Positions 1 through 9,400 of a stretch of DNA of 64,000 nucleotides are shown in pieces (position 1 is the first letter of the stretch; each line of letters starts with the position of its first letter). Position numbers and translations under genes: made by a program. Location of the stretch: the NCBI GenBank assembly GCA_002189035.1, contig CM007989.1:6944001-7008000 (forward strand), written 5' to 3'. This DNA comes from Utricularia gibba (Eukaryota; Plantae; Magnoliophyta). Below the pieces are notes generated by a model that was not told the origin of the DNA, made no database searches, and saw only the letters and a list, made by a program, of their open reading frames with translations.

Positions 1-379
1 TTGGAGTGAATATAATTTTACATTTCTGTCCATGTTTTGCCAATCTTAGAACCCAGAATATGCTTTGAAGGGGGTCTAGAACATAATTTTACATTTCAGT
101 TGACATCCATGATGTCACAGTAATCGCCTGACATGATCATAACCCTAGAGAATTGAAGATCTGTTTGCAAGATCAAACCAAATATACTAAACTTAGAATC
201 TAACTTTGGCATTGGAAATAGTCGTCTTCTAGATGCAAAGATTTTTCCTTACATGCTATAGCAATGATGAGCATCTTTAGATAGGCATGCAGTGAGTTGA
301 TTTCGTATACATTTCTCTTCTCAATTCATAGTGAATCGAGTGTAAGGAGTTTTATCAAATTAACCTGTATGTTTTGCAG

Positions 380-1026
380 GCAAACAGCGGACCTAACTCT
401 AATGGATGTCAGGTATTCTATATAAATAAGAATGTGTCATCAAGATATTGTAGGGAGATGCGGTTACTGTCTAAAGTTTTATTTCCTTCTACATTTCCAA
501 ACGTATTCTGATGTCACTTTTGATAACTATAAATATGGGCAAAAAAATAAGGACTCTCTATTTGGCCATGATGCATGATTTTTCATTAACCATGCAAATT
601 GTACCCCAATTCTCTGCCTGATGAATTGGCAATATCTGCATCATGGCCGTGCTACACAAGATAGAAAGGCTGACTTGTATCTATAGTAGGAAAGAATATA
701 ATTTGGTTCTATGCAGCTTCTGAGTAGCATATTTTCATATCTCCGTTTTGCAGTTCTTCATAACCTGCGCCAAATGTGATTGGCTTGATAGCAAACATGT
801 GGTATTTGGGGTAAGTGTTTCTTTCACACTGTTTCTGCTTCATCATGGCCATCCCCTTATGCTGCCACTGCCATAATGATTAAACCTGAGTTATGAGCCG
901 AAAACATGGGTGCAGCGTGTCCTTGGAGATGGTCTTCTGGTGGTAAGGAAAATAGAGAATGTAGCCTGTGGACCTAACAATCGGCCAAAACTTCCCTGTG
1001 TCATCGCCGAGTGCGGTGAGATGTAG
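380..1026 (+). CDS. CYP22: 3' end of cyclophilin-type peptidyl-prolyl isomerase (CYP22/PPIH, U4/U6-associated type); exons 380-412, 754-810, 916-1026; 5' part outside window
   Basis: Spliced translation [11 protein letters not shown]|[19 protein letters not shown]|[36 protein letters not shown] with GT-AG introns; classic cyclophilin C-terminus. Confidence 0.9.
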
Positions 1027-1958
1027 GAGAATACTCTCCAACACCGTAAGTACTGTTTCCAGACTTGGGCGTGTGGCCGCATTTACCTAACAGTTGGGGA
1101 AGTCTGTGTTATGATATTGAAGATCTTCACTGTTTTTCCTAGAAACATGCCTATGAAATTAACTTTGTTAGTATATAAATATTCGTCAAGTTAAGAGAAG
1201 AAAGCAGTGGGTCAAACGTGTTGGAGATTAATTTGGAAACTCCAAGGTTACTTTTTATATACAATTGACCAAATCAATATCTAGTTGTGATGGGGATGAA
1301 GAATGGATTTATGTGAAGGTAATGTAATTCAGAAGTTTAGTGTAATGTTCAGGTCTACTATCATCTATTTCTTTCAAAATATGACCATCACTGTGGTAAT
1401 AGAGTTCCCTTTACTTGTAGCCTTCCTTTTCATCAACCCGCTACCTAAAACCCCAACTGGTTTTCATATATACATGCCAACATTGGATTCTGCTTCCTTA
1501 ACCACAATGCTGCACAACTTTTCATAAAATCACTTCCTCACATGTTCAAAGTTAAACCTTTTGATGGTTAGTACGTAGATGACGAGATCGGATCTATAAA
1601 CTCCTAAACATGCATAGTGTTATTGAAGATCCATTCCATATTGATTGGAAATGGTATCATTATACCATTATCTCCACTTTATTGAATATGATTTCGATGT
1701 CTATGTAATGTACAAAAAGACTATTTTAACTTTAGCAGTTTTGATCCACTTTTATTAGGGAGATAATGTTTATCTTCACTCTAGTAACACAAATGGCATC
1801 TTCTAGGATATGATATTTCTTGTACATTTTGTAGCCATCTAAAAATATTTTTCAATATTCAAGTCATCCATTACAAAAAGAGATATCCCTTTTATAGAGG
1901 ATTGTATTTCAACAAGAACATAGGTGCGCGTGAGATCTTCTTTATCCAATAAAGAATA

Positions 1959-2421
1959 ATGATGGCTAGGAAGATGAAAGACATCGATTCCAAGGAGGAA
2001 TTGATGGAGGTATTCCCTGCTTTCGATAATAACATCTTTATTAATTTTCGAAAATGTTAATATGGTATTTTAAAAAATGAGGTAAATATTTAAAAAATGA
2101 GTAATTTTGTTTTTCATCTTTTTTGGAAACGAACATGAAGAAATCTGGTTTCTTTACAAAAATGATTTAAAATATAATTTATAATATTTATTTTAATATT
2201 ATGATTTTCGAAAATAGATATAAACATAAATAAAACTTAATAAAAAAATCTAATAATTCAATTATCACAACATTTCGAAAAACAAGTAAAGATGGTTCAA
2301 GGATCATAATGGCTTCATGTCTGCCGCTGAACTTCACCATGAGATGACTGACCAACCTTGGGGAGAAGCTGACGGATGAGGAGGTCGATGAGATGATCCG
2401 TGAATAAGATGCCCAGATCAA
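1959..2421 (+). pseudogene. Calmodulin pseudogene fragment (linker to EF-hand 4), split by an AT-rich insertion
   Basis: 1959-2030 reads MMARKMKDIDSKEELMEVFPAFD (CaM: [23 protein letters not shown]). 2299-2421 reads KDHNGFMSAAELHHEMT, then a 4-nt TGAC duplication, then [17 protein letters not shown] (CaM: [35 protein letters not shown]). It carries a frameshift, a stop and a deletion. Confidence 0.85.
2031..2297. mobile_element. MITE-like insertion (~270 bp) inside the calmodulin remnant
   Basis: AT-rich and non-coding. Imperfect ~29-bp terminal inverted repeats: AACATCTTTATTAATTTTCGAAAATGTT (2031-2058) vs reverse complement of 2269-2297, AACCATCTTTACTTGTTTTTCGAAATGTT. Sits where the CaM frame breaks (FD|KD). 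TSD not resolvable. Confidence 0.6.
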
Positions 2422-2733
2422 AGTGGGTTAACTCCAACAGCAAATGGCACCAACGTCAACAGTCTGATTCCATCTCGCCCATTGACAGCCAATGAGCAAG
2501 CTCCATCTGAAGGGAGCTGCAGCGGAGGCGGAGAATGAGAGCATTAGAGAGAACGCCCTCTCATTCTAAAGACGGTCCCATTGATAGGAGATGGATACTT
2601 TGATGCTTTCTCCCCCAGTTTTTTAGTAGAGACCTTGGTCTGCACGTCTCAGATTTTGGAAGTTTATGATGGTTTCTCTGCCATGTGACTCCCGGAGTGT
2701 TGCTATTATCGGCGATGAGCTTCACCTGCTCGT

Positions 2734-3389
2734 ATGGCTGGATGTGCAGTTCTCTGCTCTTTCTTGACATGGTATCCTCAAATCATCCCATCATATGTGT
2801 CAAAGGTGACGATGAAGAGCTCTGATTTGGTGCCTTCAACTCCCATTGAGAAGGGAAAGGCCTGCCTCGATCCAGGTTCGAGCACTACTGAAGTTGTTGG
2901 ATCCAGCAAAAAATGTATAATTGAAGATGCAGTAAGGAATGCATCGGCAGCAGCAGAAGGCAAGGCACTGTTTCTTGGTCAAAATTGGAGAGAAAGCCTT
3001 TGTAGGTGTGACAAGTGTTGTGAGTTGTATGCAATGAAGGGAGTGAGCTTCTTGGTTGAAAAAGAGGACTCAATCGCTGAATATGAGACGATGGCAAAGC
3101 AGAAGAGGGACGAGAATCTGCAACGAGAGGAAGGGAACTTTCTGAACAATCTCGGGCATGTTGAGAAGATGGAAATACTGAACGGCATTGCTGACATGAA
3201 GAACGAAAGGGTTTCCTTCTTGGTACCATAAAATCTCATCTGTTTCAACTTAATGGGAAGGCTTTGGTTGCTTCATTGTTTTCGTCTTTTCCTCCTCAGG
3301 AAGCTTCTGACCCCTCAAAGGCTATAACACCTGCAGATATCCAGCAGATGTTTGAGAATCTCTCAAAGAAGAGAAAGCGGCCAGTGTAA
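2734..3389 (+). pseudogene. UBR7: 5'-truncated UBR7-like (PHD/UBR-box E3) gene fragment; exons 2734-3222 and 3300-3389
   Basis: Motifs CAVLCSFLTWYPQ, LFLGQNWRESLCRCDKC, FLVEKEDSIAEYE, LNNLGHVEKMEILNGIADM and last exon ASDPSKAITPADIQQMFENLSKKRKR match the UBR7 C-terminal half. GT-AG intron intact. No UBR-box or PHD exons upstream in the window. Confidence 0.7.
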
Positions 3390-3620
3390 CCGTGATTATG
3401 GGTTTGTTTAACAAACCAAACACCAAGGTTAGGCTACTTAATCCCTCCTTTTATCTTGAGGTTTTCAAGTATGTGCATAAGGGATGGGGTTGTATTCTAA
3501 TCCCTTCACCTCGTTTGCTAACTAATGATGCCACACACTTATGTTTAGAAGATTAAAGTCATAGTCTGCACCACTTATTTTGTAAATTCTACTTAATTTA
3601 TAAATAGAAGTTATTGGATA

Positions 3621-3956
3621 AGTAGAATTCAAGTAAGTAATCGTGATCTATACAACTTATTATTTATTCATAAAAAAAAATGTATTTTGATACTGTTCAA
3701 ATTTGATTTATTGGAAGCGAATGCATTTGTTAGAATTAGTTGGTGATTTATTTTGATAAATAAGGTAAATGTAATTTATTAAATAAGTTGAATTTTAAGT
3801 AAAAATGTAGGTAAATTTTAAATAAGTAGAAATTAAGTATAAATTTGAGTAGGAGTTATAAATAAGTAAAAGTCAAATGATTTTGTAATAAATAATTTTA
3901 AATTTTAATTAAAGTAAAAAAAATAAGTTGTATATCTATATCTTAAATATTCTACT
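3621..3956. repeat. AT-rich element with imperfect terminal inverted repeats (possible degenerate MITE)
   Basis: TATACAACTTATT (3649-3661) is the exact reverse complement of AATAAGTTGTATA (3922-3934). AGTAGAAT (3621) pairs with ATTCTACT (3949-3956). Confidence 0.4.
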
Positions 3957-4149
3957 GATCGCAGTTAAGTGGAATCTGGGATCCGCTGGTTCATCTTCAG
4001 TAAGAGACAGTAAAACATGAACACTCCTTTACTTTTAATGACAAGATGGTTGAATGAACTGCAATGGAGACTTTGCTCAATACGTGCAGTTTATCTCCAA
4101 ATGCATTGAATCGAAAACCCATTCATCTGAATATGTATGTTTTCGGCTC

Positions 4150-4330
4150 CGAAATGGTGATGACTACACCGTTACCTGCCTGATCCCAAGAGCTTCCTTC
4201 AAGTCTTGGATCTGCGTCAGCCCTACCGATGGAAGGAGATGCAACGTCTCAGGCAACATCTGAGACTTTTGATCCCACCTGCTCCAAGGTCCTCCATCGG
4301 TACCAGGTGGGGGCTGCCATACCATCAGGG
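4150..4330 (-). mobile_element. Possible decayed RNase H-like domain of a plant LINE retrotransposon
   Basis: Minus-strand fragments WQPPPG-TDGG, GAGGI (shifted frame) and ALGIRQVTV*S resemble the WxPPxxGWxKxNTDG...GAGGxxRD...LGxxxVxVESD pattern. Heavily deleted. Confidence 0.35.
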
Positions 4331-5756
4331 GTGGGTGCACAAGGAGATCCTGGCCTCCTGAAGCCATTCCGGCCAATGTTCAAAGGATCCGCCGCAATTC
4401 CACCGGCGCCGGCAGGCTTTCTTCTGACAACCGGATAGACACTGAAATTTGAACCAGTAAAAACCCTCAACCAGAAGCTTCCACCTTTTTCTTTTATTCG
4501 GAGGTTTGCCTCAGAGAAGATAACCAATAAATAAATGAATATTTTTTATTTATTTATTCCGTGAGAGTGAAGGCTCAAAGTTCAGAAAGAACGGCAGGAA
4601 TGTAACGAGAGTTCTGCAGTTTTTACTAGCTGTGTGTGGATCTCCTGATCTTCTTCTCCGATGAGTCGAAAATGCACACGGATGGCCCGTTTACAGACGG
4701 CCGTGAACTCCAGTAGCGCCGTGATCAACTGTCGCAGTGCCTGAGACAGCAGCCTGGTTACAGGTTCGCCGGAGAGGAACGCCGTGCAGACACTGACACA
4801 GCGCGACCAAGTATTGATATGAAGAATCGGAAACTCTGGTTGCATACAGGCAAAGGAATTGCTGGAGTCACCTGACGACCAAATTGGCCCCCGTAACACC
4901 GAGCCAGCAGCCATGACGGAGCTTGCTCTATCTCCATGATACTCAGATTCAGATTCAGATTGTTGTAAATGCTGAAAAGTGTATTCTTTTTCCAACAGAG
5001 TGTCAAATATTTGTCATGTCATGAACAAAAGTATATGTGGAGAAAGCAGTTTTTCTCCTTTTTTTTTTCACTCCAATGATAATGATAAAAAGCTGTAAGA
5101 AATGTCTGAAATTCGAACAAAGATTGATAAAGAACTGTTCTCAGGGAAGGGTGCCCAGCATCATCCTGTCATACTCTGCAAGTCTAACAATTCGATGGAT
5201 CGGTGCCGGTGGTGTTCTTGCTTTTTCGTAGGTAGAGAATCCAGGTGATGATCTCCAACACAACCGCCACGCCGCCGAGCGAGCTGATCACTCCGATGTA
5301 CGCAATTCTCCAGTGGCGATCGGGCTTCAGGATCTCGAACCCCTTGAACACATTGAGTATTCCCATCACGATGACCGAGTACCCGACGCTGCGGTGGTAA
5401 ATGTCCCAGTAGATGCGGTATTTGTTGTCCTTCTTCGGCCTCAAGAACATCGCAAACATCTGCAGGCCAAACACATAGTCATCCTGAATGAAGCAACGTG
5501 TGCTGTACTGAGGAGAGAGGAGGATGAGAGTACCTGCAGCGTGGCTAAGGAGAAGAGTGCGATTCCAAGATTCCGATGGAGTGAATGGGTGACTCCCTTT
5601 GATCGAGATCCGAGCTTCATTCCGGTGCCCCATCCGGCTACGCCGATGATGTACGCGGCGGTCTGACAGGACACGTGCAGGTAAAACCAAGCGGGGTCGG
5701 CTCCGGGGAACGCCTTCACATATCTGGCCATGACGACTCCCAGGGGGAACATGACC

Positions 5757-6289
5757 TGTTGGACGGTGATGTTGAAACTGAGAAAAATCAGAAGCACCAG
5801 GGACCTGAGGCAGAAGAGCGTGAGCCGAAGGGAAACGATGCGAGGGAGGAAAACTGAAAAGTCCATCACCAGAAATCAGAGGGAAAATGCAGACACTGGA
5901 CTTATTGTTATGGGCCCAATAAACAGTATACCAGGTCATATATGCAAGCAGAAGTTCGTTGAGCCCTGCAATGTCCCAAGCCCAATCCAGTAGAGAGCAT
6001 CCTCTCCCACGAGATGACCGTTCTGCTGAAGGAGAACGGAAACAGAAATTCTCAGAGGATAAGATATCGCGAATCACACAGCCTAACGGCTATTTTTCTG
6101 TTCTATAAATATGGCTTCGTTGTAAAGGAGAAAAATGTTATTTTTGTAGCTGAAAAACCTCAATACAATATCCAAATCTCCAACAACATTTATTCTCAAA
6201 CAGCAACATCAACAAAATTATCCTGTCAACCCTCATTACCACATTGGAAATCATCTATTCTACCACTGACCTTATTCAGACTTCCAATA
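5757..6289 (+). repeat. 5' LTR (533 bp), ends TGTTGGA...TCCAATA
   Basis: Direct repeat of 10773-11310. TATA-like CTATAAATA at 6103-6111; site II-like TGGGCCCA (5911) and AAGCCCA (5978). Confidence 0.97.
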
Positions 6290-6307
6290 TGGTGAACCCG
6301 ACGTGAA
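6290..6307 (+). promoter_or_regulatory. Primer-binding site complementary to the 3' 18 nt of tRNA-Trp(CCA)
   Basis: TGGTGAACCCGACGTGAA directly abuts the 5' LTR. It is the reverse complement of TTCACGTCGGGTTCACCA, the 3' end of plant cytosolic tRNA-Trp as I recall it. Confidence 0.85.
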
Positions 6308-6439
6308 GCGAAATCCACACGTTCCTCCTCTGACAAGTTCAAGATCAAGGAAAAAAGGATATCGCAAGTAAGTGAAAATCCTGAAGAACTTTCTACTGAC
6401 TGAGGTTACTTACCTTACTCAGGAAACCAAATCCACAAA

Positions 6440-9400
6440 ATGGAAGGACCACCTGTTTTCAATGGACAAGACTATGATATTTGGGCTAAACTCATGGAGG
6501 ATTACCTGGATATGCATGACCTTTGGACTGTCTTCGAGGAATCCAGTAGTCAAGACCCTCCACAAAAATCCGATGAAGCTGCAAGACTAGTAAAAAAAGC
6601 CAAGGTTATTCTGGGAAAAGCAGTAACCACTGAAGTATACAAACAGATTCTACAATGCAAAGGACCGAAAGAGGCTTGGGAACAACTGAAAGATATCTAC
6701 GGCAAAGACAAGAACTCTCAAAAAATAGAGATATCTCATAACTGGAACCGCTTTGAGAATCTAACATTCACTCCAGGTATGACAATAAATCAGTTTTCTG
6801 AGCTTCTAAAGGGTACAGTTTTGCAGCTTCAATTGTTGGGTGAACGAGTTGATGATGACCGAATCAAAAGAAGGGTTATAAATGCCTTACCCAGAGTCTA
6901 TGCTCCGGTTATCTCTGGTCTCCGTGTAAACCGCACACTACACACCATGAGTTCCAAAGAGTTGCTAGAAGGACTTGCAGAAGAAGAAAATGAAGGAAAT
7001 TTATTCACTCAAACACAAGACTTGGCCTTCAAAGCCACCGAAAACCCAGCCTACAGCCACACCAATGCTGGAAATCAAACACACTACGTACCTCCATCAG
7101 AAAACAGAGCTGTCATATTCCAAGCGAAATCAGAGAAGACACACACTGGTGAGCAGTGTACATTTTGCAAACGCAAGGGGCACCATCCCTCTCAATGCTT
7201 CTGGAACCCCGAAGCAGTGTGCTCCTACTGTTCGTTGAGAGGGCATGTGGAAAAGGTGTGCCCTCTGAGGAGGTATCATCAACTAGGAGGAAAAAACACA
7301 GAAGCTATTGAAAAATCAGTCAACATGATGCATGATGTAAAACTTTCTGCTGAAGTAAATAAGAAGCAAGTTGAACTCTACTCCTTGTGTCAACTTAACA
7401 CTATGGTTACCTCGTTTACGGACTTGAGAAAACAAGAGGTGTGGCTAATAGACAGCGGATGTAGCCATCATCTGACAAACAACAAAGACTCCTTCTCAAT
7501 ACTCACAGAACTCACTGGAAAATTCATTGAAATCGCAGATGGGAAACAAATACCTGTAAGAGGGCAAGGAACGGTCCTCATTGAGACTGACCAAAGATTG
7601 ATCAAACTTACTGACGTATACTTTGTACCAGAAGCTTCTCACAACCTGCTTAGTATAGGACAACTAGTTGAAAAAGGGTTCAAGGTGTATCTTGAAGAAA
7701 ATCAGTGTACTATAAGGGACTCTGATAGCAACATTATTCTTACCGCTCGGATGCACAACAGAATATTTCCACTAAACCTAAGAGATCCACCCACAGACCA
7801 GGCCCTATGCCTCACTGCCTCTGAAACAACACGCCTCTGGCACAAGAGAATGGGACACCATCACTATGCAGCCCTATCTCACCTATACAAGAGGAACCTG
7901 GCAGAAGGAATATCGAATATTAGTGGGAAAGAAAACACCTGTAGAATCTGTGCAGAATGCAAGATGGACAGAAAATCGTTTCCCAAACTTGCTCTTCCAT
8001 CTGAAACCAAACTGGCAGTAGTCACTACCGACGTGTGTGGCCCCATGAGAACTCCTACACGAGTGGGGAACAGATACTATGTCATATTCGTAGATGAGCA
8101 TACTAAGTATACTTGGATTTATCTACTGAAGCAGAAATCAAAAGTGGTACATCACTTTAAAATATTCAAGGCATTATCAGAAGCTCAAAGTGGAAGAAAG
8201 ATACTTACACTGCATTCCGACAATGGAGGAGAGTACTGCTCGTCTGAGCTGAAAGAGTTATGTGAACTGAACGGTATTGTGCACCAATTTACAGCACCTT
8301 ACTCCCCAGAACAGAATGGAATCTGTGAAAGACGAAATAGAATCATAGTGAACATGGCAAGGTGCCTACTCTATGAAAAAAACCTGCCTGCCCACTTCTG
8401 GGGAGAAGCTGTAAACACCGCGGTGTACCTGCTCAATCGGCTTCCCTCAAAAGGAACTCCAGAACACAAGACTCCCTATGAATTATGGCACAACAAAACA
8501 CCGGATTTGACCCACATAAGAATATTTGGGTCAATCTGCTACATACATATTCCACAGGAAAAAAGAAGCAAATGGAGCAAAAAATCAGAACCGGGAATTC
8601 TGCTTGGTTACAGCGAGACAAGTAAAGCTTATAGGGTACTGAATCTAAAAACAGATGAAGTACAAATCAGCAGAGATATCATTGTGGATGAATCTGAAAG
8701 TCATGATTGGAATCACAGCTCATCACTAAAGGAAAATTGCAGAACACAACTCTCAAGATCACGAAATCCTTTTCCTCTCGAAGAGCAAACTTTATTATTT
8801 GAAGCTCACCACCAGAATATACAGACTCAAGAACATATGTCACCTACGCCAGAAACTGGAACAACCACTCCTATACCACCTGAATCGGAGAGAACACCTG
8901 CAAGAGAGAACGAGGTGGAATTATCTACAGCACACAATCGGACTCACCTACCTAATGAAGAGCCTCTCTCATCTACTCCCGAAAGATCAATCGAAGAGGA
9001 ACACTCAACAGATGAACAGGTAACTCAAGATGTACCAGAATTAACAGAGGATGTTACAATCAGAAAGAGTCTACGACATAAGACACAACCTGTGTGGATG
9101 GATGACTATGCATGTGCAGTTTCTGAAAAGAAAAAGGAACTCAAGTTTCAGGAAAACCACGACAGCAACATGGAAGAATTGTCCAACTTCTCAATATATG
9201 AACCCATCAGTGTTCTAGAAGCACTAAGGGACCCAGAGTGGAGAAAATCAATAGAAAATGAATTCGACTCTATAGAAAAACATGGAGTATGGACTGCTGT
9301 ACCGAAACCACAAGGTATAAAACCTCTAGACCTTAAATTCATATTCAGACCAAAGCTGAACCCAGATGGCAGTTTAAACAAAAGAAAAGCAAGACTAGTG

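Noticed and set aside
2422-2733. Sequence between the calmodulin and UBR7 fragments
   Set aside because: Looks coding-like but I cannot match it to either gene or to a known family.
4560-5006. GC-richer segment with 137-aa and 82-aa ORFs
   Set aside because: No recognisable motif in any frame, and stops in the plus frames. It may be more debris but I cannot assign it.
5960-6070. Possible heat-shock elements in the copia LTR (ONSEN-like)
   Set aside because: The GAA/TTC pairs have 1-nt spacing (GAAGTTC, GAAATTC), not the nGAAnnTTCn array.
5184-6077. 297-aa minus-strand ORF
   Set aside because: A chance read-through of antisense LTR, an off-frame exon, an intron and the true last exon of the b561 gene. 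Not a separate gene.
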